DNA of 64,000 nt from Candidatus Tayloriibacteriota bacterium (lineage in GTDB: Bacteria; Patescibacteriota; Minisyncoccia; Phycocordibacterales; PALSA-1337), in the NCBI GenBank assembly GCA_003151615.1, contig PLXZ01000001.1, positions 352,124 to 416,123 on the forward strand, written 5' to 3'. The position numbers and the translations under genes are program-made. Position 1 is the stretch's first letter; each line of letters begins with the position of its first letter. The notes under the pieces are model-generated. The model was not told where the DNA came from, did not search any database, and saw nothing but the letters and a program-made list of their open reading frames with translations. Shown piece after piece: positions 9,674-20,435 of the stretch.

Positions 9674-10435
9674 TTATTTAATAATGTTTCTTTCTATTAT
9701 ATCTTTATTTATTCGCCGAGCCAAATCTTGGGCTTCCTCATAACTTTTCGGTGTACCGATATCAAGCAAGGGTTCGTCAGTTGAGTTCATGAGATAGACA
9801 TATATCGGGATACCCGCTTCAAGTAGGTAAGGGAATACGTGATGACCAAAATCTAGGGGCGTCTGATTTCTATCAAGATAATCAAATATTGATTTGTTCA
9901 TAATGTATATACCCGCATTCGCATCGTGGGTTGTGATTTGTTCAGGTTTAGGTTTCTCAATAAATTGCAAAATTCGGTGATTCTGGTCAAAACGGATGAT
10001 ACCTTTCATTTCTGGTTTCGGTTCCTTATAGCTTGCAATCGTGACCATAGCGCCATGATTTTTATGTTCAATGAGCAGTTTTGTGTAATTGATGCCGGTG
10101 AGATTATCTCCATATGTAATGAAAAAATGATCCGTGTCTTTAAAAAAATCAATGTTACTGCGAAGTGTTCCGGCGCTTCCTAAAAGTTCTGGCTCAAATG
10201 ATGTTCGTATCAACATATCAGGGTTTTGCATAGAATAATTTTTGACAAAGTCATTAATCTGATCCGCAAAATAATGGGTGTTGATCAAGATTTCATTGAT
10301 TCCATGTTGGCGAAGGCTGTCGAGATGATACTGAAGCAAAGGAATTCCGGCAACAGGCAGCAGAGGTTTCGGGGTTGTGTTAGTAAGAGGACGCAATCGT
10401 GTTCCCAGTCCTGCAGCCAAAATGAGGGCTTTCAT
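9674..10435 (-). CDS. hddC: nucleotidyltransferase (HddC/GmhD-like heptose-1-phosphate guanylyltransferase)
   Basis: ILAAGLGTRLRPLTNTTPKPL, FIEKP, LDIGTP; context with hddA/gmhA. Confidence 0.75.
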   Translation of the reverse strand: MKALILAAGLGTRLRPLTNTTPKPLLPVAGIPLLQYHLDSLRQHGINEILINTHYFADQINDFVKNYSMQNPDMLIRTSFEPELLGSAGTLRSNIDFFKDTDHFFITYGDNLTGINYTKLLIEHKNHGAMVTIASYKEPKPEMKGIIRFDQNHRILQFIEKPKPEQITTHDANAGIYIMNKSIFDYLDRNQTPLDFGHHVFPYLLEAGIPIYVYLMNSTDEPLLDIGTPKSYEEAQDLARRINKDIIERNIIK

Positions 10436-10444
10436 AAATAAATG

Positions 10445-11431
10445 CTATTTTATATTTTTAAAAAATTCGTACGACGAAGACACCATGTCCTTAATGTCAG
10501 TGTGTATAGGTTTCCAATTCAGATTTATCTGGGCGGCAGTTGAATCAGCTACGAGGCTCGATGGGTCTCCTGGTCGGCGGGCTTTGACCGTGAACACCAC
10601 TTTTTTACCTGAAATTTTCTCAGCTGTCTTGATGAGTTCGAATACCGAAAAGCCCTTATTGATACCGAGATTATATTGCTCGACGAGGGTTTTTTGCTCG
10701 AATAGTCTTTTCATTGAAAGCGTGTGTGCAGTTGCCAAGTCAGAAACATGTATGTAGTCGCGGATTCCGCTTCCGTCTGGTGTGGAATAATCATCACCAA
10801 AAACAGTAAATTCTGAACGTTGACCTAGTAGTGTTTGTACGATGCATGGAATCGCATGAGTTTCCGGAGTATGATACTCGCCGAGCTTGGCTTCGTTGTC
10901 ACAGCCAGCCGCACAAAAATAGCGCAATGAAATGGAAGAAATTCCGTATGCTGTGAAATAGTTTTTAAGCATGATTTCGAACAATAGTTTCGTGTAACCG
11001 TAGGGATTTGTGGGATATTTTTGGTGATCCTCTTTTATAGTCGCCGATTGAGGTTCTCCGTAAACAGAAGCTGATGAGGAGAATACGATGTACTTAGTTT
11101 TGTGTGCTCGCATGCATTCGAGCACATTGAGTCCACCGACAACATTGTTTTCGTAGTATTCGAATGGTTTGATGATGGAATCAGGCACGCTAGCAAGCGC
11201 TGCAAAATGCATAACAGCATCAGGTTTGACTGAGGCAAAAATATCCATTAATGCTGATTTGTTACGGATGTCGCTCTGATGATACGAGATGGCTGGATCG
11301 TCGATAATATTTTTTCGTGACTGGCTAAAATTATCAACAACTACGATTTTATAGTCACCTGCCTTTTTAAGAGCATGCACTGCGTGTGCCCCTATATATC
11401 CCGCTCCGCCCGTAACGAGTATTGTCTTCAT
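10445..11431 (-). CDS. galE: UDP-glucose 4-epimerase
   Basis: VTGGAGYIG, FSSSASVYG, YGYTK, RDYIHV, RRPGDP. Confidence 0.9.
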   Translation of the reverse strand: MKTILVTGGAGYIGAHAVHALKKAGDYKIVVVDNFSQSRKNIIDDPAISYHQSDIRNKSALMDIFASVKPDAVMHFAALASVPDSIIKPFEYYENNVVGGLNVLECMRAHKTKYIVFSSSASVYGEPQSATIKEDHQKYPTNPYGYTKLLFEIMLKNYFTAYGISSISLRYFCAAGCDNEAKLGEYHTPETHAIPCIVQTLLGQRSEFTVFGDDYSTPDGSGIRDYIHVSDLATAHTLSMKRLFEQKTLVEQYNLGINKGFSVFELIKTAEKISGKKVVFTVKARRPGDPSSLVADSTAAQINLNWKPIHTDIKDMVSSSYEFFKNIK

Positions 11432-11503
11432 AACGTGAGATTACTATAGCAAAGGTGATTGGTCATTACAATTACAATTCTTTCTTGTTTTCAGCGGGAC
11501 GGT

Positions 11504-12484
11504 TCACGATTTTCTGATTATTTTATTTTTAAGGCTGTTCAACTTTACCAAAATGGCCGGCGCAGTCCGGGGTTTCGGCTCGCGTCCCATTTCCTTCACA
11601 AAGCGTTCCCTGAATTCCGGAACATTCCATATTTGAAGCGGTTCGAAATATGCGATGCCTTTTTCGCCCTTTTCATTGAAAAAAGCAAACACGGCATCAA
11701 TATACCAGCCAGTCTCGGCATTTTTTACCGAATCAAGGCCTGTGATCCCGTCGAGCCACGCCGGAGGTATCGGCAGAGTCCGCGCGGATGGAGTGTCGAG
11801 TGTCTGCGAGTATTTGTTGTTGATGCGCCATGGCGAGCCGGTGTCCATGACATATTCGCGGCATCGCTGATATGCCTGTTTTGCCTGAAATCGTTCGAAG
11901 GGGACGAATTGAAAATGGAGAACGCCGCCTTCTTCGAGGGGAATCTTTGTCCACGTCTTCGATCCTGTGATATTTGTATTCGGTCCCGGCGTGCGCCCTT
12001 CATGAAGGAGCGTGTTGTCGAAAGAAATCGCAGAGTCGTCGCAGACAATGAAGTCTTTATATAAATTAGTCCACACAGATTTGTCATTCCGGTATACGCG
12101 CGGGTTTTTCCAGAGGCACAGCCATTGCAGGGCAAGTTTTTCTCCCGGCTTCATCCGCGCGAGCCGTTCGCGGAACGGAATGCCGCCGTTTTTTGTGCCA
12201 AGAAAATTTGTCGTGAAAGCCTCATCTGCGTCAAGCCAGATGAAGTGCGTGCCGCCGTGTTCGCGACCCCATTCAAGCACTTCTTTTCTCCAAGCCGAAA
12301 AATTTATTTTTTGTTCCTTTTGTTGTCTGACTTCAACGCCCATTGATTTCAAATATTCAATCGTGCCGTCCGTCGATCCCGCGTCAAGGCACAGAATTTC
12401 ATCCGCGAATTTTTTGAGCTGGGGAATGGTCGTCTCCAGGATCCATCTCTCGTTTTTTATGGGCATTAAGGCGATTATTTTCAT
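11504..12484 (-). CDS. glycosyltransferase family 2
   Basis: Likely start MKIIALMPIKNE; DAGSTDGT and WLDADE motifs. Confidence 0.85.
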   Translation of the reverse strand: MKIIALMPIKNERWILETTIPQLKKFADEILCLDAGSTDGTIEYLKSMGVEVRQQKEQKINFSAWRKEVLEWGREHGGTHFIWLDADEAFTTNFLGTKNGGIPFRERLARMKPGEKLALQWLCLWKNPRVYRNDKSVWTNLYKDFIVCDDSAISFDNTLLHEGRTPGPNTNITGSKTWTKIPLEEGGVLHFQFVPFERFQAKQAYQRCREYVMDTGSPWRINNKYSQTLDTPSARTLPIPPAWLDGITGLDSVKNAETGWYIDAVFAFFNEKGEKGIAYFEPLQIWNVPEFRERFVKEMGREPKPRTAPAILVKLNSLKNKIIRKS

Positions 12485-12503
12485 GTGTATTCGAAATGGG
12501 GAA

Positions 12504-13424
12504 TTACCATGCGTATATTTTATGGCTCGTGTGGAAATAACGGTAGTCGGGCCTGATGCCAAGGATTATATCCTGAATTTCCTTTGGATGCCGCGGATCG
12601 TGGTAGGTGCAGATGGCGAGACGCGGCTTGAACCGGCGAATCGTTTCCGCCGCGCCGCGTAATGCATCACATTCGGCACCCTCGATGTCCATTTTAATGA
12701 AGTCGATTTTCGGGATTTTTTCGGAGGCGACAACAGTGTCTATTGTTGTTACAGGAACTACAACTCCTTCTCCGGTAGAAACAGGAGAGGAACCGCCTGC
12801 ACTGTCGATCTGAAATTTGAATTCAATCGTGCCTGTTTTGTTTCCGAGGGCTTGCGGCATTGTTTTTATGACTGAAGACATTTTATTGAAGGACGCAGAC
12901 ACGTCGATGATGTCGCGGGCTTCCCGTATCGGCTCGAATGAAAATACTTTTCCGGTTGGTCCGATTTGGATCGCGGCATGGAGGGAAAATACGCCGATGT
13001 TCGCGCCGGCGTCGATGACCCAGTCGCCCTTGCTCAAGTTGGCACCGCCGACTTCGTATGATCCTTCCTCTACGATGACTGGCACGGGGAACATGACTTC
13101 GGTCGGATATATCACGTCATAATACACAGAGAGAAAGCCGAGCATGAACGTTTGCCGATCGTAAAGTTTTTTTGGAATTTTGAGCGAAAAATCACCGCAT
13201 GAAACCAGGATATCATTGTCTGGTTTTTTATTTTCGGGCGTCGGTGAAAAATATTTTTGAAGGTAGAGGTGCGTGCGCGAATAGCGCGTCTCAGCGGATA
13301 CGGTCAAATAGTCGAAAATATATTTCCAAGGATGTTTTCGAGGTTCGATAATAAGTGCCGGAACGATAATGCAGGTACTTGATGCAATCCAGGCGGCGCG
13401 GCGGGCTATTTTTTGTAAATTCAT
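12504..13424 (-). CDS. FkbM family methyltransferase
   Basis: IDAGANIG, FSFEP, KMDIEGAE. Confidence 0.9.
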   Translation of the reverse strand: MNLQKIARRAAWIASSTCIIVPALIIEPRKHPWKYIFDYLTVSAETRYSRTHLYLQKYFSPTPENKKPDNDILVSCGDFSLKIPKKLYDRQTFMLGFLSVYYDVIYPTEVMFPVPVIVEEGSYEVGGANLSKGDWVIDAGANIGVFSLHAAIQIGPTGKVFSFEPIREARDIIDVSASFNKMSSVIKTMPQALGNKTGTIEFKFQIDSAGGSSPVSTGEGVVVPVTTIDTVVASEKIPKIDFIKMDIEGAECDALRGAAETIRRFKPRLAICTYHDPRHPKEIQDIILGIRPDYRYFHTSHKIYAW

Positions 13425-13451
13425 GTTATTTTCGTGGTTCGTGTTTGGAAA

Positions 13452-14294
13452 TTACAGCGAAAGGATTTTCTTCAATTTTGCCTTGAAACTCGACGGAAGC
13501 GTCCGGCTGAGGATTTTATAGAGTGGATTTTTTGTGAAGACAATTTCGCCACTGCGGTTTTCGAGGGCCTTTACGGTTCTTTCTTCGACGGCGTTTTCTG
13601 AATCATATGCGTTCGTGCTGATTTTATTGGTGATGAACAATGCTGAACCCGATTCGCCGGTGCCATCATTTTCCTGGTGTGCAACACGGAAACCTTTCTG
13701 TTCCAGGAAAGAGCGCAGATTGCCCGATGTCGTAGCCTCGTTATACGTGCGGTCGTCTTCATTTATTTCCAAAAAAAGGGATGAAGTGTTTGCGAGCAGG
13801 GGAATTGCACCTTTTAAGATAGGAAGTTCAAAACCCTGCGCATCAATCCAGAGAAGGTCTATGTGGATATTTTTCAGTTCGGCAATCGAATCGAGTCTCC
13901 TTACTTGGACGTTATGCGTTTTTTCAAGTTTGATGTGCGCATCCTCTTTTATTTTCAAAAGGGAATCGTTTCCGGTGATGTTTGCTTCATATAGAATGGC
14001 GGACCCGTTTTCCTCGCCACAGGCATAATCAAAACATTTTACGCGGGGATTATTGGAATAGCGTTCTTTAAGGTATTTAAAGTTTGTCGGGTTTGGTTCA
14101 AAGGCCCAGATTTTCGAATTCGGCCATTTCAAAAAGGATCGAATTTCATCGCCATGCCATGCGCCGACGAGCAGGACGTTCATGTCATCAGCCGGTTTTT
14201 TTGAAAGCATTGCGGGTAAATTGGCTTCGACGTCCATTTGGAAGAGTTCGTAATTGTAGATTTTTTTGCCTTGGAACGTTCTGGTTTTGTACAT
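13452..14294 (-). CDS. FkbM family methyltransferase
   Basis: VGAWHG, AFEPNP, IDAQGFEL. Confidence 0.88.
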   Translation of the reverse strand: MYKTRTFQGKKIYNYELFQMDVEANLPAMLSKKPADDMNVLLVGAWHGDEIRSFLKWPNSKIWAFEPNPTNFKYLKERYSNNPRVKCFDYACGEENGSAILYEANITGNDSLLKIKEDAHIKLEKTHNVQVRRLDSIAELKNIHIDLLWIDAQGFELPILKGAIPLLANTSSLFLEINEDDRTYNEATTSGNLRSFLEQKGFRVAHQENDGTGESGSALFITNKISTNAYDSENAVEERTVKALENRSGEIVFTKNPLYKILSRTLPSSFKAKLKKILSL

Positions 14295-14309
14295 GTTTTT
14301 TTATTCGGT

Positions 14310-15275
14310 TTATTTTTTGAAGGCCCGCACGGTTTTCTTTGCGTATGGTTTGAGCAAATTCCATATTTGCCGTGTCATGAAAATTCTCCGGACCGTGTAT
14401 GCGTTCATTCCCTTATTAAACCACATTTTTTTGCGCTCCTCCAAAACTTTTGCATAGTCGGGAACATATTTTGAAACAGGGACCCATTGGCCGAATTCGA
14501 GAACGTTTGGAATATTGTGGGTTATAGCGCTTTTCGGGACAAGGGAGTAATCGATCTTGTCATATATGCCGTAGCGCAGTTCGATGGTGACGCGGTCCAG
14601 CGGCTGTTTTGAATTTGGGTTGGTGCTGAGCCCCTTTCCTTCGTTCAAAAAATAACCGAGCAATTCGGTCACGCATGCGCCTTTTGTATGGAATGCGAGT
14701 CGCACGGCCAAATCAAAATCGCCGCCCTGGATCAACTGTTCGTCGAAATAGCCGGCCTTTTCGCAGAGGGATTTTCTGAACATGAAGAAGGGGCCGACAA
14801 TGAATGAACGCGTCAGTTCCGTTTTTGGATAATGGGAACATTCAATGAGGCGGCCTTCCGTACTTCCGAACACGCGCACAATGCGGAAATTTCCGTAGAC
14901 CAGACCGACTGATGGATCTTTTTCCAGTTCATTGCACTGCAGTTCGATTGAATTGGGCGTGCGGAGGTCGTCGACATTCCAGGTCGTGAGATATTTTCCC
15001 GAAGATTCCTTTATGCATTTATTCCACGATACGTCGAGAGGGACGACTTTTTGGTTGATGAAGTGTTTGATTCGTCCCGGATATTTTTTTTGAAATTCGC
15101 GAACCCAGCCGATTTCCTCCTCGTCCGGTTCATTGTGGTCGAGGACGAGCTCGAGCCGGTCGAAAAATGTCTGCTTCGGCAATTCCTCAAGAAATTTTTG
15201 CAGATATCTTTTCATCCGAAAACATGACGTGATTGTACTGACGAGAATTGGCGGAGATGTTTTCATTTTTTTCAA
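14310..15275 (-). CDS. glycosyltransferase family 2
   Basis: VSTITSCF, WNVDD (DxD-like), GYFDE, DFDLAVR. Confidence 0.82.
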   Translation of the reverse strand: MKKMKTSPPILVSTITSCFRMKRYLQKFLEELPKQTFFDRLELVLDHNEPDEEEIGWVREFQKKYPGRIKHFINQKVVPLDVSWNKCIKESSGKYLTTWNVDDLRTPNSIELQCNELEKDPSVGLVYGNFRIVRVFGSTEGRLIECSHYPKTELTRSFIVGPFFMFRKSLCEKAGYFDEQLIQGGDFDLAVRLAFHTKGACVTELLGYFLNEGKGLSTNPNSKQPLDRVTIELRYGIYDKIDYSLVPKSAITHNIPNVLEFGQWVPVSKYVPDYAKVLEERKKMWFNKGMNAYTVRRIFMTRQIWNLLKPYAKKTVRAFKK

Positions 15276-16568
15276 TTATAATATTGATTTGACTACTTTG
15301 TATGCGTGCGCGCGGATTGAACGCGAGGCGAGCATCGAAATCGGAATGATCGAATATGAAATGAGAGTGGCATAGGCCGAGCCCATTATTCCAAAGCGGG
15401 GAATGAAGACAAGGTTAAGTATAACATTCGAGATTGCCCCGGCGAGCGCGCTCATAAAAATGGCAACGCGATGATTTTCGGCGGTCAGGTAATTGGTGGC
15501 CGCCATGCCGATCGAATAGCCGATGCCGGCCCAGACGTATATGCTCAAAATGATCGCGCTTCCGGCGTATTTGCTTCCGTATAAAATCGATATGATGAAG
15601 CCCGAGAGGAAATGGATCGGCAATGCGAACAAAAGCGCAACCGCCGCGATTAGGATGAAAAAGTAAAAGAGCCGGCGCTCGTAACTCCCATTGTTCATGG
15701 TGCGTGCGTTTACGATGGCAGGGAAGAGTGAAGTTATGATGACGCCCGGAACAAAGTACCAGACTTCGGCGATGTTTTCTCCGACCGAATAAATGCCGAC
15801 GGCGGTGGCGTTGAGCATATGTTCAATCATGATTTGGTCGATGCGCGTATAAATGATTGAAAAGGCGGCTGCAATCATAAACGGCCACGAATCGCGCAGA
15901 AGAAGTGTTGCGGTCGAGCGCGTGCTTGTCCAATTTCGAACCGGTGCGTAACGAGAATATGCATATATATAGAAGACCGCATACAAAATCGGCTCAATCA
16001 ATGCCACCGCGGCCAGATAGTAAATGCCCTTATTGAAGAAAACAATGCCGATTTTCAGTATTGAAAGGATGACGACCGTGACGACCTGTACGATCGTTAT
16101 TTTTTTCGACACGACTTTTGCCTGGAAATAAAAATTTAAAGTCTGGAGCGGTGTAAAAACAAATGTTGCGCCAATGATGAGTACGAGAGATGAAATAAAC
16201 CAATTATGGTCGATGGTAAGAGTAGTGATGGCAAGTCCGGCATACGCGACGAGTCCGCCGAAAAATTTCAGCGTTATCGCGGAGCCGAGCAAGTCGGCTT
16301 CTTTTTCCGGATACTTGATCAGTTCGCGATAAATAATCTGATCAATACCGAGGTTCGCCACAAACGAAAAAAGTCCGACGATGCCAATCGCATAGCTCAA
16401 TAGTCCGTAGTTGTTCGGACCGAGATATCGCGCGACGTAGGTCGACACGAAAAAGGCGATGACCAGCGTGAATATCCGGCCGAGAAAAAGCCAGCTCGTA
16501 TTGGAGGCGTATCGCTTGAAACCGTGGGATTGGACGAAGCCCGAAGTCTTTTGTATAAGTTGTTCCAT
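15276..16568 (-). CDS. wzx: Wzx-type polysaccharide flippase
   Basis: Multi-TM protein; ARYLGPNNYG, YTRIDQIM, VGIYS, IPRFGIMGSAYAT. Confidence 0.9.
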   Translation of the reverse strand: MEQLIQKTSGFVQSHGFKRYASNTSWLFLGRIFTLVIAFFVSTYVARYLGPNNYGLLSYAIGIVGLFSFVANLGIDQIIYRELIKYPEKEADLLGSAITLKFFGGLVAYAGLAITTLTIDHNWFISSLVLIIGATFVFTPLQTLNFYFQAKVVSKKITIVQVVTVVILSILKIGIVFFNKGIYYLAAVALIEPILYAVFYIYAYSRYAPVRNWTSTRSTATLLLRDSWPFMIAAAFSIIYTRIDQIMIEHMLNATAVGIYSVGENIAEVWYFVPGVIITSLFPAIVNARTMNNGSYERRLFYFFILIAAVALLFALPIHFLSGFIISILYGSKYAGSAIILSIYVWAGIGYSIGMAATNYLTAENHRVAIFMSALAGAISNVILNLVFIPRFGIMGSAYATLISYSIIPISMLASRSIRAHAYKVVKSIL

Positions 16569-16608
16569 TTTTCCTGGCGTTTATTTACTATGCTATACTA
16601 TTTTGACC

Positions 16609-18825
16609 ATGAATACCAACACAACCAATAAGGTCTTGCGATACGTTATATATGTTCTTCTCGGTCTGACGCTTTTCGTACCGCTTGCCGTTGCGAATTG
16701 GATGTTTTTTCCTTTCATTACCGGCAAGGCTTTTATTTTCAGGGTTCTCGTTGAGCTGGCTTTTGCCGTGTGGGCCGTTCTTGCCTTGCGCGATCCGAGC
16801 GTTCGACCGAAGAGAACCCCTTTGTTTTGGGGCATAACAATTTTCACAATCGTCGCCTTTATTGTCGATATGACCGGAATGAATCCGATCCGAAGCCTCT
16901 GGTCAAACTTCGAGCGCATGGAAGGTTGGATTACGATCATTCATCTGTGGGCGTACTTCATTGTTTTTTCTTCGGTCGTTCAGACCCGAAAAATATGGCA
17001 TTGGTTTTTCAATATTTCATTCGTCGCGGCGGGCTTCATGGCGTTGCAGGGTGTCTGGCAATTGTACGTTGCGTGGCTGGCCCACCAGACTATGCCGCGT
17101 CTTGATCTTAATCTCGGCAACGCCGAATACCTGGCGGTCTACATGCTTTTCAATGCGTTTTTTGCACTCTATCTCGCGCAGGTGTCGTGGAAAAATGTCG
17201 CGGTCCGCGGCTGGACATGGCTCTATGCGATTCTATCACTTTTGTTTTTGATTATTATCGCCGGCTCTCTGACGCGAGGAACGATGCTTGGCGTCGCGGG
17301 AGGGGCAATCATTGCCGCCTTGGTCTACGGTATTTTTGCGAATAAGCCGGAACAAAGAATCGGTAGGACGATTTCCCTTGGCATCATCGGACTGCTTATT
17401 GTCGGCTCGCTCGGTTTTTATGCCATCCGAAATACCCATTTTGTCCAGAATCACAGCGTTTTGGAGCGTCTTGCTTCCATTTCCGTCAACAACGCTCGTC
17501 TGCAATATATCTGGCCGATTGCGTGGCAAGGCTTCAAGGTAAAGCCGGTTCTCGGCTGGGGCCAGGAAAACTTCAATTATGTTTTCAATACGTATTATGA
17601 TCCGAATGCGTGGGGCCAGGAACAGTGGTTCGATCGCGCGCACAATACCTTTATTGATTGGTCCATTGATGGAGGCATCGTAGGGTTTGCGGCATATGCG
17701 GCGCTCTTCGTTTTGTTGGCGATGGCGATTTGGAAGAAAGACGAAACAGGCGAGTATACATTTAACTTGCGCGAACGCGCCATCTGGAGCGGACTTTTTG
17801 TTGCATACATAATCCACGACATCTTCGTGTTCGACAACCTCGCCAGCTATTTGATGTTCTTCATCACTCTTTCGTTTTTCCAAAACCAGTGGCCGGATAA
17901 AAAAATCGCTATCGCTACGGGAGCAGCTGTGGCGACGAAGAGCGTACCAAAAAAACCGTATGTCATGAATCCGGAAGTCGTCTCATGGGTCATCACTCCG
18001 GTTGTCATTGTTATTGCGGTTTTTCTTCTTTACTTCATCAATTATCGTCCGTACGAACAAAACGTCGATTTGATTGTGAGTCTTGAAAATTGTCAGGGCG
18101 TTGGACAGCAGGGAGCTCCGGCTTTGGATCCGACGCTTTTCACGCAGGCAATCGACGTCGGTTCATATATTGGCAAGCAGGAAACGCGCGAACAGATTTA
18201 CACCTGCGCCGAGCAAGTCATCGGTTCGCAAAGCACTTCCAATCAGGACAAGTTAAATTATTACGAGCTGACATCAACCGAGGCCGCCGCGCAGGCCCAG
18301 TCGACCCCGAACGATCTCCGCGGCTTCCTTTTTGCCGGTTCGTTCTTTAACGATCTTGGCCAGTGGAGCCAGGCTCTTCCGTATTTGCAGCGCGCGTATC
18401 AATTATCACCAGTCAAGCAGAGCATTCTTTTTGCCCTCGGACAGAATTACATAACCGGTGCGACGTCAGCGGCAAGTTCAACCGAGGGTCTCGCGCTTTT
18501 GAAAAAAGCATATGACGAAGCTCCGGCATATACGCAGGCCCAGACGACGTACGCCGAAGGTTTGTTTGTCACCAGAAATTATATGCAGGCAGCGTCCATT
18601 TATGAGCAAATTGTTGCGGTGACGCCGACTGATTTGCAGAGCCGACTCGGTCTGGCGGCATCCGACGTCTATGACGGAAATAAAGCCGACGCGATCGCGC
18701 AGTTGGAGTATGTCGCTTCGAGTTCAGTGAATGAAGCCGGTCCGGCGCAAACATATATCACTGCGATTAAAGCCGGCAAGAATCCGTTCGCTCCTGCAGC
18801 GACATCGAGCGCGCCGGCGGCGTAG
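16609..18825 (+). CDS. O-antigen ligase / oligosaccharyltransferase-like membrane protein with C-terminal TPR-like repeats
   Basis: Multi-TM; LGNAEYLA, TRG, GWGQENF, DRAHN (Wzy_C); likely start MNTNTT after extended -10 TGCTATACT. Confidence 0.85.
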   Translation: MNTNTTNKVLRYVIYVLLGLTLFVPLAVANWMFFPFITGKAFIFRVLVELAFAVWAVLALRDPSVRPKRTPLFWGITIFTIVAFIVDMTGMNPIRSLWSNFERMEGWITIIHLWAYFIVFSSVVQTRKIWHWFFNISFVAAGFMALQGVWQLYVAWLAHQTMPRLDLNLGNAEYLAVYMLFNAFFALYLAQVSWKNVAVRGWTWLYAILSLLFLIIIAGSLTRGTMLGVAGGAIIAALVYGIFANKPEQRIGRTISLGIIGLLIVGSLGFYAIRNTHFVQNHSVLERLASISVNNARLQYIWPIAWQGFKVKPVLGWGQENFNYVFNTYYDPNAWGQEQWFDRAHNTFIDWSIDGGIVGFAAYAALFVLLAMAIWKKDETGEYTFNLRERAIWSGLFVAYIIHDIFVFDNLASYLMFFITLSFFQNQWPDKKIAIATGAAVATKSVPKKPYVMNPEVVSWVITPVVIVIAVFLLYFINYRPYEQNVDLIVSLENCQGVGQQGAPALDPTLFTQAIDVGSYIGKQETREQIYTCAEQVIGSQSTSNQDKLNYYELTSTEAAAQAQSTPNDLRGFLFAGSFFNDLGQWSQALPYLQRAYQLSPVKQSILFALGQNYITGATSAASSTEGLALLKKAYDEAPAYTQAQTTYAEGLFVTRNYMQAASIYEQIVAVTPTDLQSRLGLAASDVYDGNKADAIAQLEYVASSSVNEAGPAQTYITAIKAGKNPFAPAATSSAPAA

Positions 18826-18908
18826 CTTGCGCGGCGTAAGGGTAAAAGATCAGAGTTATCAACACGCATAAATAGTAGAGTGACAAAATTCGCGGTACAA
18901 TGATGGGC

Positions 18909-20435
18909 ATGAAAACCACCTTGCGTTTCGGCGTTGCAGTGGCTTGCGTTCTCGGATTGTTTAATTATGGCGGAATTGCCCATGCGCAATCAACTCAATC
19001 CGTTCAGTCCGCTTCAAACACGAACGGAGGCGTGTTCACGGTCACTCCCACCGTCGAGCAAAATATAAAGCCGGACCCGGCGTTGGTGCAACAGTCCGCG
19101 AAAGTGGCGAGCGAACCTGCCGACACCTCAACCACCCCTCCTACAACCCTATTAAAACTCTTATCGAAGGGTTTTTCGCCTGTCGCTACCACGACCCCTC
19201 CGGCCGGCACGGTCAATTGCTTCGCCTACTACACCTTCGGTAGTGTCAGTGTGCAGTTGGCCAGCAGGGCCGGCATTTCCCCGGGACAAACCGCCACCAT
19301 TTCCGCCATCATCAGCAACAACAACCCGTATCCTCTCGTAAACGGACAACTCTACGTAAAGATATTCAGAAAACAGGACAACCAGTCCGATTTTATCCAG
19401 GGAGGCAACATCGTGGATCAATTTGTCGCCATTGATAACGTAACGCTGGACGCGCATCAGCAGAAAATCCTCAATTTTTCATGGACAGTGCCTTCGAACG
19501 CAGTAGCCGGGGATTACAAGATCGTCCCGTATTTTGAAACGGACAAGCGTTACAATCTCCTCGGTCTCTCTTTTACCGACGATGTCGCGGGAGTGCCCTA
19601 CGAATTTACGCTCAAGGGCGCGTCGGCTGAAGTATCTTTTGATAAGAATTCGATTTTGTTAAATAATATTCCTTATCAAGTCATCGCGGCTGCGCCGATT
19701 ATAGCGAGCACGACCAATCCTGAAATTGACGTCAATCTCGTGAATACGACGTCGAAAGCCGTCTCGGTTCCCATCGTGTGGAGGGTGTATTATTGGGACG
19801 GCCTTTTGGATGGCCATCTCCTGCATACGGAAAACCAAACGGTATCTGTCGGGCCGAATGCCAGCGCGAAAGCGTCGTACACCGTTACGGATAATGATCA
19901 CTCGGTCTATTTCGTGATAGCGGAAGCCGATAATGGAGACTCCAAGTCGATCGTGGACGTCCGTTTCGCCAAGGACGGACACCCCGAAGCGAGGATAAAC
20001 TTTCCATCGCTGACTTCGTTCCCGATCGAACAGGGAACCGGCACGTCTATATTCTCCTGTCTTCACAGCACGTCGGCCCAGACTATCGAAGGTGGCAAGC
20101 TCGTCCTCACGCTGACTGACCTGACCGACGGCAGTGTCATCGATACGCATGAATACGACGGACAGATCACGGGTGACATGATGGGCGTGGCTGACGCGTT
20201 CACTCCTAAAAAGACCTATGACAAAGTGATGCTTACCGCCGCCCTGTCCGTCGGGGGCGTACCGGTCGAAAGCGTATCGACTACTTATGACTGTTCGGTC
20301 ATTGATCCCGACAAATGTACCAAAAATAACGGTTGGAGCGGCAGTCCTATTATGCTTGCCGTAGCGTTTGGCGTATTAGTTCTTCTGCTCGCAGTGACGG
20401 CTTTAATAAAACATCTATGGTATACAAAAAAATAA
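18909..20435 (+). CDS. secreted surface protein with C-terminal membrane anchor (Ig-like beta domains probable)
   Basis: Signal peptide ending AHA, Thr/Ser-rich beta-type repeats, C-terminal TM helix followed by a basic tail. Confidence 0.7.
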   Translation: MKTTLRFGVAVACVLGLFNYGGIAHAQSTQSVQSASNTNGGVFTVTPTVEQNIKPDPALVQQSAKVASEPADTSTTPPTTLLKLLSKGFSPVATTTPPAGTVNCFAYYTFGSVSVQLASRAGISPGQTATISAIISNNNPYPLVNGQLYVKIFRKQDNQSDFIQGGNIVDQFVAIDNVTLDAHQQKILNFSWTVPSNAVAGDYKIVPYFETDKRYNLLGLSFTDDVAGVPYEFTLKGASAEVSFDKNSILLNNIPYQVIAAAPIIASTTNPEIDVNLVNTTSKAVSVPIVWRVYYWDGLLDGHLLHTENQTVSVGPNASAKASYTVTDNDHSVYFVIAEADNGDSKSIVDVRFAKDGHPEARINFPSLTSFPIEQGTGTSIFSCLHSTSAQTIEGGKLVLTLTDLTDGSVIDTHEYDGQITGDMMGVADAFTPKKTYDKVMLTAALSVGGVPVESVSTTYDCSVIDPDKCTKNNGWSGSPIMLAVAFGVLVLLLAVTALIKHLWYTKK

